The notes beneath the pieces are model-generated. The model ran no database searches. It was not told where the DNA came from and saw only the letters and a program-made list of their open reading frames with translations. From assembly GCF_009914755.1 (NCBI RefSeq), contig NC_060936.1: 64,000 nt of DNA; one strand, 5' to 3'. This document shows, piece after piece, positions 1-14,285 of the stretch. Numbering within the stretch: position 1 is the stretch's first letter; the number at the start of each line of letters is the position of its first letter. The stretch is from the human T2T-CHM13v2.0 reference genome, Homo sapiens. The position numbers were made by a program, and so were the translations under genes.

Positions 1-282
1 CTCAAGAAAGGGAACCTTGATCATCTGGGGAAAACTTTCTACAGCCTGGGTACGCCTGTCTCTCTCATTACAGAAGGGAGAGACTCTCCGATAGTATTTT
101 CTCAGATAGAGGATGTAGCTGAGGATGGAAAACTTCATTCTAGATTCCCCTGTGGGAGAAGCTGGTGTTTGATCTACATTTTCTTAGAATCTGCATCGCA
201 AATCCAAGGATAGTGAGGTTCAAGGGCAGTTATGGGGCTCGGTGGGCACAGTAAGGACAGTGCCCTTCACTTGAACACCTGT

Positions 283-478
283 TTTTTTTAAGTTTTTAAA
301 AATTGTTTTAAATTTTCTTTTTGTTTTTTAGAGACAGGGTCTTGTTCTGTCACCCAGGCTGGAGTGCAGTAGTATGATCATAGTTCACTGTAAACTTGAA
401 CTCCTGGGCTCAAGTGATCTGCCCACCTCTGCCTCCTGAAGTGCTGGGATTACAAGCCTAAAGCCACTGTGCCTGGCC
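283..478 (-). mobile_element. Alu monomer (FRAM/AluJ-like), antisense
   Basis: T-rich tail plus a single Alu arm, flanked by TSD TTGAACACCTGT (271-282 and 479-490). Confidence 0.9.
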
Positions 479-3449
479 TTGAACACCTGTCTTAAGAGAA
501 ATCTATTTCTTTCAGATGACATCCAATTCTAAGAGGAAGGACTTGTAGCGAAGCTTAGAATTTGCCCACCATCTAGTGACTCTTTTTGTTTGGATTTGGC
601 TAAAGTTTATTTGGAAATACAGAAGGCATAACTTGCTTTGGTAGGGCCAGCCTCTCAGTCAGCCATCATTCAGCTAATCAGACATCTGGATTAAGCAGTA
701 TGGCTTTCTCTTCCATTCTGCAAGGACAGCCAGTTCAAGTTAAGGAGCAGCTTTCTAAAACTCCATGTCCTGACTCCTGCCCCAGTCTTGAAAGTGGGCT
801 GTCGCCTTAATGCTGGCTTGAAGCACAGCAGAATCCAGAGTCAGCCCCACTCCTGGGAAGCCCTGACTACATCGGGATTGGGGATATCACATGTAGAAGG
901 GGTTTTCCCAGGCTTGAGGTTGACTCGCCATTTCTTTTCATCCAGGCTTTCCGTATTGGCAGAATCTCACATGGTGCCGCAGCCCTCTCTTCTGTTGGAT
1001 TGGGTCGCTGAGAAGTTGTGGTTAAGATTGCCCCAGTAAAGCCAGCAGAGTAGAGGACCCCTGGCCTAATGCTGTCCTTCCCCTGCCCCTCTGTGGCACC
1101 AGATGGGGATTATTTCCTCCACTTTACCAGCGAGGACGTTATCAGGAGGGCCTTCCTCGTGTGCTTCCTGAATTTGTTTTCCTGAAAGTAAAAGTGATAT
1201 CTGCTTCCTCTGATTTCACACACAAGCAACAAACTGGTTCCTCAAACCTCTTTCCAGGGATTTCTTTGAGAGACAGAACAAAGCCAGGAGGAGCATGGGG
1301 CTGACAGACGGAGAGCCCTGGGTGTCCTATAGCTATCCAGGCTACGTCGCAGTCTGGACCCCACAGCCCTGGCGCCGGGACCCTCTACCTGCACATACCT
1401 GACCAGGTCCTCTCCCCATTCAGCCTTCAGCTTAAGCACCACTTCCTGGAAAGCCTTTCTGCAGCCTCCATGCCAAAGGAGGACCCTCGTGGTACCCTAT
1501 TCCGCTTCTTTAAGGCTCTTCACAGAGTTTATTATACATCAGTTGCATGATTATTTGACTAATGTTTGGCTGCCTACAAGCTCTGTGAGGGCAAGGCCTG
1601 CAGGGCTTGTAGTCACCACCGTATTCCCATCTCTAGCACGCAAGCATGGCTCATGGCCTGTAGAGCTTAGCTCAGTAAATAGTCTTTGAGTGAAATGAAG
1701 GTATTGGGTTAGGTGATCCCAAAGTCCTCTTCCTGTCATGGCAAACTCTGAGTCCATCTATGAGAAACTTGTACCCACCAACCCCCTAAACCCAAACTTC
1801 TCTTTTCCTAGTTCAGTGATTCTCAGCACTGTCTTCTGATGAATTCTGTCATCAAGCCTCCTTGATCGTTTTCATACTTTCCTAAGGCTTGGCTGGAATC
1901 TTTGAGTTTGAATAATTGGAAATGTGAAATGTTCATGCCTAAACACCAACAGAAAAGCAGAGCGTCAATGTGGAATCCAAACAATGGAATCTAACGTTGG
2001 CAATGATCTCCAATTCTAGGGTCTTCAACAGTTTCTCCCTGTGCCCTCCCATCTCATGTGAAATGACTCAAAATATGAATTCAAAAGAGGGAAGTATGGG
2101 TTGAAGATTACATGAAAAGAACAGGGTCCTTAAGAGGAGCCTTGAATCAGGCACATTACCTTCCAGCCCCAGGAAGTTCTCATTTTCCTCTGCTCATAAA
2201 GGCATTTTCATACTCTTTTGTGATAGTATCTCTGGGGCCCTGAGCAGAACAATTCATCCCAAAAGTAGGGCTTGGTGAGATGCTGTTTTATAAAGCAAAA
2301 GAGGATGTGATCTGTTGTCAGCCCTCGTCAGTCATGGTGGACAATCTGGACCAGGTAATGGAAGCACCAACTTTGGCCAATCTGGGCATCTCCAGGCTAA
2401 CCTCAAAACCACCGTAGAGAAAGGTGCCAGACATTGCTTTCTGCAATGGACGGCTTCTCTTGACTTTTTAAGGAGAAACAGTGTGATTTATAGATGCAGG
2501 TCCTCTAAGCCTTTCCTAACCGGAATTGTCAAGTTGCACCCCAGAGGGAATGCGGGCAGCACTGTAAGAGGAAGAAAGGAAATCCATGTCTGCTGGCTAA
2601 ACTCCATCCTCCCCTTTTCCCGAGCCCAGCACTGAGTGATGCCACTGCCCAAGGCCCCATCTCCCTGGAAGGTCTTCCTGGTACCTTGAGAGTCTTTCCA
2701 ACCGCCAAGAGGCAGTCACTTGACATGAACTCCAAACTAGCGAGACTGAATTTCTAGGTTATGTGCTGTTTGATCTTTGCATGGAACCGTATGTTCCAAA
2801 TTTTCCAGTAGAGCTCTCCTGTCACATACTCAGTCCTATTGGTCCCATAAGTACACATGTGTTTGTCAGATCTTACCCTGATGTAGGGCTAGAAAAACAG
2901 GCTCATCACATGCGTGGGCCAATAGTGATCTTGTGTTCACAGAACGTTTGTCAGCAGTTGTTTCACCAGGCTTGTCTAGGGCCCATTTTCTTTCACCAAC
3001 ATGAGCAGCCAGCCCTGAAGAAGGCCCGACACTCGCTTATCAGCGGTGAGCATGGCCTATCTGAGAACACTTGGGTGGAGAAATGTCGTGTATTTTCCAA
3101 ATTAGAACTTGAGTTGGAGGAGCTGTTTCTGGGGCAGCTGTGAGCCAATCCCAAGAAGCTGTTAAACATCCAGGCCCTGAGAGCCAAACTCTACATGGCA
3201 GGGTAGAGAGGAGGATGTCTGGCCGCACGCCTTCACAAGCCAGCCTGGCTCTGCCACCCCAGGCAGGCCGCGAGGAAAGCAGATGGAAGCGAGAGCCTTT
3301 CCTGGACCAGCCTTGGAAACATCTGGGCTCTCCTGGAAGCAGGGACTCCACTAGACTCCCCCGCCTTCCCAGCAGATGCTGCAAGCACGTGTCACTGCTT
3401 TATAGACTCAGGTCGTGGAGGCTGAGAGCTGCTGTCTAAGCGTGTGGGG

Positions 3450-3690
3450 GGCATTTGCACAGTCGTGAAGCCATGGGCTAGGAGGCAGACTGCCTGGCAC
3501 TGAGCCCTGTGCCACCACTTCCCAGCTGTGCGACCCTGGGTAGATCACTCCACTGCTCTGGACCCACTCTTCTCATCAGAAACATATGGTTACAAATAGT
3601 GCCTACTTCCTAGGTTGTTGCCGGGAGGAGATGGAATGATCCAATAGAGTGCTGAGGGCTGCTGTCGCCCATGGCAAGTCTTCAGAACGC
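3450..3690 (+). mobile_element. MIR SINE (degenerate)
   Basis: MIR-core-like text (ccacttcccagctgtgcgaccctgggtagatcact...tctcatcagaaa). Boundaries approximate. Confidence 0.6.
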
Positions 3691-5064
3691 GCTCATCAAG
3701 TTGGAGGGCCTTTGGTGTTCCAGGGCAGTCCTTCACCCAGTGACAGAATCCCCAGTCAGGCACTTCCTCAAGTCACTGCTTGGATACCTCTGAGGATGGG
3801 GAATCACTACCTCTTAAAGCACCCTATTCCACCTTCAGATAAGCCTGTTTCTCGGACAGATAAGTGTTTATCTGTGCTGAACCTAAGTCTTTCCCGGACA
3901 CTTCGCAGTTGGTCGTAGTTCCATCCTGTGGTCAGACAGAACTCATCTAACCCCTCTTCCTCAAATAGCAGTTGAGATCCTCTGAAAATCACTGACGTTA
4001 CCCTCCTGCCTGTGCCTTTTCACCATTCCTGACAAAACACCTTCAATTTCTTCTAATGATTATTGAATGATGTTATTTCCAATTCTTTCATTCTTGTGGT
4101 TTCTGTCTTCTGAAGGCACCCCGTGCTCACGCACGTGACTTGGCTCCATGTGCATGGAGTCCCTCCCCACGTGCCTGAGACACAAAGATAAGAAGATGTG
4201 ATGAGACTCAAGGAGCTCTCAGCGAGGCAGGGAATGGCTTTCCAGGCAGGGGAGCCGCGTGCGCTGGGATTGGAGGCACGAAGCCAGAGAACTGCGGGGT
4301 GTATTGCTCAAGCCTAGGGTAAAAACTGGGAGTCATTTGAGACCAAACTGGGGAAGGAGGCAGGTTAGTTTACCTGCAGGTGACAGGAAGTCACTGGGTG
4401 ACTTTCAGCTACAAAGTGACATGTTCCAGTGTGTACTTTAGGAAGAGCATTTTAAGTGTAGCTTGAAGACTGGGCAACACTGGAACCCGGGAGACCAGTT
4501 GACAAAATGACGAGCACCAAGGGGACAGAGAGGAGGAAAACGAGTCATGGATGGAAAAGCTAACAGTGGCTCTTCTCCTGGGGGCAGGACAATGAGTCAT
4601 TGCTTTTTTCTTCTTCCCTGTGTTCTGCAATTTCTCTATAATAAGTATTTTCTGTTTTCTCTATAATTAGCATGTATTATTTATACAGTAAGAAAAATGT
4701 ATTCATGTCTAAAGATACTTTTAAACCAAACCAGCAGGACTTGGTTACTGAGTGGAAGAAGGAGCCTAGGAGATCAGTTTTCTGGTCTGGGTGCTCAGGT
4801 GAGTGGCGTGACCCCCAGCCTGGACGGGGATGTGAGGAACAGGGCATTTGGCAGGAATTCTTATGGCATCTCTGACAGCTGAAATGACGCCCACAAGCTG
4901 CTTTCACTCCACTTGGCCTCTCTCCAGCCTGTTCAGTGGCCTCTGTCCCCTGCAGGCCCTGAAACTCACCTGTCCCTTAGACACCTATCTGGAAAGCAGG
5001 TGTCTGTGCAGCAATACTCACCAGCGCTCCAGGACAGCAGTAGCATTTATTTAGATGATAAGTT

Positions 5065-5600
5065 TTGTCACTCCTTCAGTAAATATTTACTGAGTGCCCA
5101 CATATGCTCAGCACCAAGCCAGGCCTTAGCAACAAAATGGAAAAGAACAGGCACAGTCCCTCTCACAAAACTCAGCCTAATGTGAGAGACAGATATAAAT
5201 GTTTTAAAATCCCGTTAAGGAACATAACATTTCAAACTGAGGTGCACTCTCCAGAGGATAGAAAATAGTTCCAAGAAGACATAAAGGAAACGTTTCTGGT
5301 CTGGGAGTTGCGTGATGATCCCTGGGGAAACAGATGCTTGGGCTGAGAGTGAAGGATAAGTGGGAGGGAAGTGGGGAAAAGCATTCCAGGTTGAGGGAAC
5401 AGCATATGTGGTGGCCCTGTGGTGGGAGGAACAGTAGCATATTCAACTCTCTAAAAGAAGAGCTGTTTTACTGGAGTGGGTTGGGGAGAGGCAGTGGGTG
5501 GAGAGGTGGGTGTAGCCAGACCCGACAGGGCCCTGTAGGGCACAGGAAGGATCTTGTCTTCATCCTAAGAGCAGAGGAAGGCATTCAAAGTTCCAGCAGG
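5065..5600 (-). mobile_element. L2 LINE 3' fragment
   Basis: aaatatttactgagtgccca...gcattccaggttgagggaacagcatatgtg resembles the antisense L2 3' end. Boundaries approximate. Confidence 0.6.
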
Positions 5601-6644
5601 CCTGAGGCAGCCTGCTGAGCAGCCCTCCAGCTGTGGCCTGGAGGGGAGCCTCCCGATGGGTGTCCCTTTATGTCCCACACCCACCGTTCTCTTGCCATTG
5701 GAGGCGGTGGCACTGAGGCCCGTCGAGACACCCCTTCATGCCTGGGTAGCCCAGATTTGGGGTTCCCACCACCTCGAGTAGCACTTGGAAGACGTCCCCC
5801 ACCCCCCACCCCCAGCAGATGCCCTGAAAGCCGCTTTGCAGTTCAGTTTTCAACTTTCTTCGCGGCTCTGCATACTCCAACACTAATGTGTATACAACTT
5901 GCTAATTAATGGAATCATTTCAATCTGAAAACATCTTGTTCTAATGGGAGGCTGCAAGCACTCTTATTAATTCACAGGTAAAATCATTCCAGCTTTTCTC
6001 TTCTTTCTTTTTTTTTTTTTTATCTTCCCAGCTTGGCTTAATAGCTGGGAAGAATCATTCTAATCAGCCTTGCGAGAATCACATCACCAGAATGAAAAGC
6101 ACCAACAACGGCCTTGGGGTTTGGGAAAGGGGTGACCAGCCTTAGTTTACCCAGGGGCAAGCGCGGTGGATGAATGTGAGGGTGAGATGCCCCACACAGA
6201 AGGTAAAGACACAAAAAGTGACCTGTGTAGTGCGACTTGGAGGGGGGTTTCCTGTCCTGTGTGTCAGAGGTGGCACTCAGGGTGACTTTCTGCACCACTG
6301 GCTCTGCTGGAGGGAAGGAGGAGCTGCCTCCACATTCTCACCTGGCATGTGAGACTCACTGCACTCACCTGGGCAGGAATCTCACACGTGACTTTCTCGG
6401 GGCTGGGTGTCATCTGGGGGTGACTTGCTGATAACCACCTTCCTGTCATTTGCAAATGATTTGCAGTGTCCCTTTAAATGAATGGCATCCCCAGTGTGTT
6501 ATTTCTGGTATAACCGAGCTTAGTAAGGGGGGCCTTCTCCCCATAGACCGCGGTGCAAGCCCCAGACCTCACCGACAACACCCATGTCCCCAGGCGGGCT
6601 TTTCCTTTACTCTTTTTTACCAGAGGGATCTGGGTGCTTTTTAG

Positions 6645-6787
6645 AGTTTCTTTTCTTGTGGTAATAAGAACATAACAAAATTGATCATTTCAATGATTTT
6701 CAAGTGTACATTCAGTGGCACTAAGTATCTTCACACTGTTGTACAACTGTCATCACCATCCAGCTCTGGGACTTTTTCCAATCCCAC
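6645..6787 (-). mobile_element. L1M (L1MA/MB-type) 3' fragment
   Basis: ttcaagtgtacattcagtggcactaagtatcttcacactgttgtacaac matches the antisense 3' end of old L1. Confidence 0.7.
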
Positions 6788-7018
6788 CATGGGAAAAACC
6801 TCGAGGATAAATGAGTCCCTGCAGGGCCGTCTTGAGTCCACATGAGCTCTCACTGTCCTGAGATGCTGCTCTAGGAGAAAAAGATGCTCAGTTGTCTGTA
6901 AGATGGGGTATTACACAATTTGACAGTTATGGATGGAAACAACCTGTTCTTCCCCTTGGAAGTACAGCAGCTGCCAGTCCTTTGCTTTGGATGAGTCTCC
7001 AAGACAGATTTGGAGTGA

Positions 7019-7498
<480 letters not shown>

Positions 7499-10400
7499 TA
7501 AGTGAGAGGCAGAGACCCGTATCCTTTTTTTCTCAGTTCCAATTTTTGTTTTAATCTCTGTTAAACCGGCCTAACGCAAACTTCGTTCAGCACTTTTCAA
7601 TAAGCTACACAATTTGAGAAACATTTGAATAACTTAGAACCTATCTTTTGTCAATCTACGACTTTTCAAGCCAACCCTGAGTATTTTAAGAATCAGAGCT
7701 GACCTGGGGTCGTCAGTCTCTGCTCCTTCCATGCTTCAGTGTGGTTGGCCATTGGGAGCCCTTTCACGGGGCCGCTTAGCCCTGAGCAACAGGTTCTCCC
7801 AGCACCACTCTAAGATTTTTCTACCTTCATGGTGCTGATTCCAGATCCTCTGTAATTATTGTTTCTGCTTCTCCATTCACAGGCAGATGCCCCAGAGCCC
7901 CTATTCCAGGTGGGGGAGGAGGGCAGGTGGGAATCACCCCCTTGCCGGCAGCCAAACTTCCTCCCTTCAAGGAGAAGGCTTAGTTCTACCCCATGACTCC
8001 CAGTCCCTTCCTTTTTGAGCCTTCCCACTTCACGTTCCTTCCATAAATCAATATATTTAACAGCAATGCTGGCTCATTAGGCGCTTCCCTGCGTGGCACT
8101 GGAGTTTTGGCTTGCAGGATATGCTGCAAGCTGCTGCTAAAGCTACTAACATCGCAGCTTGGCCTTTTAAAGAAACATTTAAACAGAAATTGACAAGGCT
8201 TTTAAACAGACATATACAGTGGCTTAACACAAAGAACTTGTTGAAAAAATAACACCCACCCCAAAGGGGCTAGCTGTGTTAAATATATATGATTTTTTTC
8301 ACACAGCAAGATCCATCATCTTAGTTTTTAGCATCTTGGTGGAAAAAGGGGAGCATCATCTGCCGGAAACAGTGAAGGATACCTAATTTTCTCCATCGAC
8401 ACTGCACCTCATTCCCACTCAGTCCCAGCACTCAGTTAAATGGGACCTCTCGCTTCATTGGGGTGAGGAGGGATAGCTTCCAAACAACAGGGAGTGAAAT
8501 TCGTAGCAGAAACCAAAACAGAATACTTTCTATGTATGATCTAGTATGACCGGATGGATTAACTGCATATTTGAGGGCATTTCTAGTTTATTTCTACATA
8601 GCCACAGTCCTAAAAACAAAACAAAACAAAAAACCACACACACAAAACGTATACTCCTATAGACACAGAATCACACAAATGTTTTCACTTTTTGGATGGA
8701 AGTCTGTTTAACAGGAGACTGTTTTTTCACTCTAGAGAGAATTTCCAAATTACTTGGGTCATAATTGTATAAAATAAACTATCCTGTTTTCAAAAATGGA
8801 ATCCTTGTTAAGTTGGAAGAAGCAGGTCTTGCCTGTAGCTAAAATTCTGAGACTTTTTAGCCTTGCTTAAAGAAATGCGAAACCATATATGAATAATATT
8901 TTCCCCTTTAATTAAAATCCTTCCTTTTATTCAGGTTGATTTATAGCTAGCTCAGAACCAATAAATTTATATGAATTGTGTGGCCCTGTGAGAGCTCATT
9001 TTAAGACTCCTTAAAAACTGACTGTGGTATGTCTGAAGTTCATGCAGTTGTATTGAAATTATCAATGACCCATTTGACCCAAACTCCTCAGGAAGTCTCA
9101 GACATGTGGAGTCTCAAAGATTCCCCATCAGTTCAGCAGTGAATGATGGTGAGGCCCTCACTAACAAAATGGGGGAGAGCGAAATGGTAGAATTCAGCCA
9201 TCGAGCCAAAGATGGCGGCCCTGCTGTGCAATCAGAGGTCTGTGCACCACAGAGTAAGGAGAGGGGCTCCAAAGCTGCAGGCAATTTCCATCATCCTAAC
9301 GAGAAAGCAGTCCAAGAGTGTTTTCTGCCGGTGGTGGGCTCCTGCAAGGGCGGGTGAGGATAAGCGGCCCTGAATACTGGTTGGAAGCCCAAGGCTTTGT
9401 TACCAGGCCTCAGAGGCCCTGGATAGTCAGAAAATGGTGAGCATGGTAGACAAAGAAAGCATGGCACGGGGAGGGAGCCGTCCTGAAGGCCATAGCCGTA
9501 GGGCCCAGTGAAGAGGTCGCCCCAACGCCCCAAGTACCGAACCTGTCATGGCCTCCTCTTCTCTTAGGACAAAGATAAGACTTGGCCTCCCCAATTGGAA
9601 TGGCCAATTTAGGATCACATTGTCCACCCTTGATAGTAAACAGGACCAGGAAAAGTGCCTGAGAAGTTGCCTCCTACCAAGAGACTCATCAGATTGTTTA
9701 TGTGATGGGTTTATCTTTGCCTGCAAGTTCAGAAGAGAAGTAGGCTCCCATCACAGAAATGGCCATGAGCCAAGGGGGCCAGGACAACAGCAGAAGTGCT
9801 CCAGAGAGAAGGGCCCTGCCAGGCTCCATGAGAAGGTGGCCTCACTCATTCGCTGGAGTCAGAGTCCCTGCTGGGAAGAGGGGCCCAGGACACAGCTGCA
9901 GAAGCCTGTCCTCTCAAATACTCTGCAATCAGGAGCTTGCTGTCCCTTCGTTCCCAAACCTGCCGTCTGATCACAAGCCAGGACCCACTCTGTCACTCTT
10001 AGCACAACACGATGCCGCTGCTATCAAGCCCTTGTCCACCCACAGAGTGGGCAGTGCAGACAAGGAGGGAAAATACGCGAGAACCCAGACATGTCTGTGC
10101 AGCCGTGGAGTAGAAGACCAAATACTTGCAGGCTTTGAAACCAACCCCTGAGTGTTTTGGAGAGTTTTATATAAACTTTGGAATGGGTGGTTTAATTTTT
10201 TTCTTTCTTTCTTTCTTTCTTTTTTTAAAATTTCAGACTTTGGATTGAATTACCCTATTTTCCGCAAATTTAGATTACACAAAAGTGCTTTGTGAGCCTT
10301 TGTTGTAATTTTTGATGAGATTTACATCAAATTCTTTTTATAGTCCAATATTATTTCACAGACTGTGAATTTTATGTATCTCTAGATTTCAAAATACGTT

Positions 10401-12044
10401 TGATTTTGAGCCATGTTTCCAATAAAATCCATAAAGAAAGTTATGGAATTGTCCAGGTGAGCCATGTTCTACCTCTAGACTGCCCTTCCAGGGAGCAGCC
10501 CCGGTGAAGGCGGTCTCAGAAGAGGCGGCGTTTCCCTAATCCCGGAGGCATCTGCAAGGCGCCTTCTCAGCTCCTCAACAGACACATCACCATATGCCGA
10601 TACCTTTTGTTTCCGGTTGTCCCATCTGTTTGATGGTGCACTGAGCCAGGTCACTCTGAATAGCTTCCCAATCACAGTAATTACCCCTGAGACTGGCACA
10701 GAGCTGGTTGGCTAAAACCTAGAAATGAAATCATCTTCATTCTATTTACTCCTTAAAGTTGAGTTTTAAAAAAGTAATTGATTTTTGTCTTCAGTGATTT
10801 CTCCTTGGAATCACTAACTGGAGCTCTCCCAGGATTGCATGTTTGTGTTGGTATTAACTGCGTTTCTAACTCTCTCCTAATCGTCACCTCCATTATTTTA
10901 CCGAAAACTTAATTTGGACTTTCCAGAATGACTCTACCTCTCTTCATTTCTGTCTTAAAATGTAGAACCTGCATTGCTTTGTTTCTGTCTCCCACTTCAT
11001 GTTCCCACTTTCCTCCCCAGGACTTCATGACTCTGCAAAAGAAAACTAACACATTTTTACATTTAAGCAAATTTCTCCTCACCCTAGAGTGTGTGTTGCT
11101 AGGACCTGCTGATTTGTGTGTGTTCACATTTTTTCAAGTGTTCGCTTTAGCGCTTTTTATAGATACCTATTTTTACCAGATCATCACTGCTTCTTAATTG
11201 TTCTCAAATCTTTTTCATTATTGTTCAAATCGGATTTTAAATAGCAGAGTGGCACTAAACCTTTAGATAATGTTTCTGAATCTCATCCCTTTCTCTCTTA
11301 TTAGTGAGATCACTTCCCCTTGATGCCATTTTCTTTTTCGCAGATATTCGTAAAATCCCCAGAGATGTTTTCCTTTCTCGAGGACACTCAGAATTCCCTT
11401 TGGCAGCCTTCTCCTCTTCCCTGTTTGTGATGTTTCAGGAACTGAGAGTGCAGGGAATGCTGTCAGATGAGTGGTCCCAATGTAAAGATTAACTTCATCT
11501 TTATTCTGCGAAAAAGCAAAACATGAGAAAAAGATGCAAGAAAAAGATGCAAGCTTCCCCTTCACTTTTTCACCCTTTCTCTTTGTCCCGTCTCTGCTGT
11601 CATTCCAGTACTTTTATCACAGTGACTGAACACATCTCCCTAGAAAGCTATGACTAGAATGGGTGACAACCCAACATAATTAATGATCTAATTGGCTCTT
11701 GGTTTTCCAGTCTCTCAGCTCCCAAATTTTTCGGTGCTTATTATCCACTTTTTCATGTATTATTTAGGCTTAGGATTTACATTTTAGCCTCCCCCTTTTT
11801 TGTAGCATCACATCCAAATCTCTAAAGATTTCACATTTTTAAAAGTCATAAAAAGTTGTAGTTAGAGGACTGCTTGTTTCAGCTGCGTTAATGGAGCCCT
11901 CCTGGGAGCTGGACCCTGAAATAAGGAAATGGTGTGGATACTGTCTCTCTAGCAGTTCAGGGACCAGCAGTGCAGACCTTTGCACCTTGATCAACGAACA
12001 CAGGACTCACACACAACTTTAAGCACTGGCCCAAGAATAAGCCA

Positions 12045-12496
12045 GGAAGCAGCATTATTCATAATAGCCCAAACCTGGAAATAATCCAGACGTCCATCAG
12101 CTGGTGAATGGATAAACATACAATGAAATACACTGCTCAGCAATAAAGAGGAACAGAGCCTACTGATATATGCAGCAGCACGGATGAAACTCAAAACATT
12201 ATGCTAAGTGAAAGAAGATGGACATAAAAAGCCTCATAGTGTGTGATTCCATTTATATGAAATTTCTAGAGGAGGCAAAGCAATGGAGACACAAAGCAGA
12301 TCAGGTTGCCAGGGACTGGGGATGGGAGGAAGGATTGACTGCAAGCAGGCGAGGGGGGTTTCAGGGAGTGATGGCCGTGCTTTAAAATGGATTGTGGTTA
12401 TGGCTGCATGACTATATAAACTTACTAAAAATAATTAAGATGTACATTTACATTGATAAATTCTGAGGCATGTAAATTATAAGTCAATAAAGCTGA
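12045..12496 (+). mobile_element. L1M (L1MB/ME-type) 3' end, sense, with poly(A) signal
   Basis: gcagcattattcataatagcccaaacctggaaa...acattatgctaagtgaaagaag...gattccatttatatgaaat...gtcAATAAAgctg. Confidence 0.85.
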
Positions 12497-12773
12497 TGGG
12501 GTCAGTGGGAGAGAAAGAGAGGAGAGGAGAAGAAGGAGGAGGAGGAAAAGGAGGAGGAGGAGGAAATGACAGAGGAGGAAGAGGAAATGAAATTGACAGA
12601 GAACAAGGAGGAGGAGGAGGCCACAAAGATGACCACGAAGGTGATGATGACAATGAAGAGGAGGAGGCATGTAAATTATAAGTCAATAAAGCTGATGGGG
12701 TCAGTGGGAGAGAAAGAGAGGAGAGGAGAAGAAGGAGGAGGAGGAGGAGGAGGAAGAGGAGGAGGAGGAGGAG
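12465..12773. repeat. 82-bp duplication (offset 199) embedded in a (GGA)n purine-rich tract
   Basis: 12465-12546 is identical to 12664-12745, and each copy runs into GGA/GAA repeats. Confidence 0.9.
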
Positions 12774-13061
12774 CTGCCACTGCTGCTGGGAAGACACAAT
12801 CGGGCATATATTTTCAAGTAGACTCTATTCTCCTAAGAATTATCTCTTACTTAAGGATTAATATTTCTCTTCTGGTCTTCCTCTTGGGAGTGAACAGTTT
12901 CAGATTTAAAGCCACCGACTGAGAATCAGCCCACCGGCCAGTCCTGTTCAATGCACAGCCTAACGTAGGCAAAGTAATCACACTTACGATTGTTTTGATA
13001 TATATGAAACCAGAAAATAATCCTGGGTTATCTGTTGTCTCTAAATGAAGAACTATAAGCA

Positions 13062-13064
<3 letters not shown>

Positions 13065-13092
<28 letters not shown>
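13065..13092. repeat. (TC)14 microsatellite
   Basis: Read directly from the sequence. Confidence 0.95.
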
Positions 13093-13096
<4 letters not shown>

Positions 13097-14285
13097 GAAG
13101 TGTATTTTCATTGTTATAGGCAATCATTTATTTGTTGGAACTGGGGTCTCTTCTGTCTGTTATTGTCATTACTTTGTCTAAGGACAGGACAATGTCCTTG
13201 ATTTCACAAACTTTTGTGAATTCCACACCGTTACCTTCCATAGCCAGAGCCAAGACTTTCTCAGTGTTTTCCCATAATGGAAATTCTTAGATCAGTCAGG
13301 TCTTGTTTAAATTTACCATCAATCTCCACACTCAAAATATAAGTCACATCTTCATTCATTAATTTGCTGGGAGCTATTCCCAGCACGTGAAATTAGTCCA
13401 ACTGCTGCATTTAGCCACAGACACTGTGTTCTACTGTTTCCTGACAAAGCCCCGTCCGTACTGAGGAAGCACACTCCCTATTATTCACTGCCGCTCTATC
13501 TTGATAGAGGTCAGAAAATGATTCTTCTCTTCTGAAAAGTATTCATGCTGCAGAGCAAAGGGCAGAGCTGTGAAGTCCCACATGACATGCATGAAATACA
13601 GTCAGTAGTGTGTACTCACAGGCTGTAAGGAAAACGGCTGCAGGTGATCCCTCTCCCCGGCAGTCAGAGTCCATTTTCCGTCTTTCGCCTATGTAAGGCT
13701 TCACTGTAAAGTGACTTGCGTCCCTGGCAATGTATCCTCTAATACATAGTGGACCCATATAGTTAGAAAGCTTTATTGGATGGGATCGGTTGGCTAACTA
13801 TGTGAAGGAGTCTTTGCATTGGTATTGTCCTTACCCTAAATTCTGGTATTCCAATACAAGTGTCTATAGAACTCTACCACCAGAAAAAGAAAATATGGAC
13901 TTCTAATCGCTTTCTGGGTCAGTTTCCACTTGCAGTGGTGGCATCATCATTATTTTTTGATTGGCCATTTGATTTTGAGGCTGACATGTTGCAGCAGAAT
14001 GGGCAATAGAAATCAATTACTAAGATTAAAATACAGCTTTTACAACAGTGAGTGGAAAGGACTGACCTTCTAAATTAACAGCAGCCTAAATGGAAAGCCT
14101 ACTTTCTTATGTTGCTTAATTCACATCTGGGGACCTGATTTAAACATGTCTTGCGCTGTTGTTGCCATGGTTGCTTTGCCCATCCCATCAACCTCATCCT
14201 GTCACTTTTCTCTCTGACTTCTTTCTCTGCCCACATCTCTCCCTCCCTGCTGCTCCCGTCTCCTGTCTTCTTCTGGCCATTTGAG

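Noticed and set aside
12425-12922. Poly-Glu, poly-Gly, poly-Leu and poly-Pro ORFs
   Set aside because: They are translations of the GGA-rich low-complexity tract.
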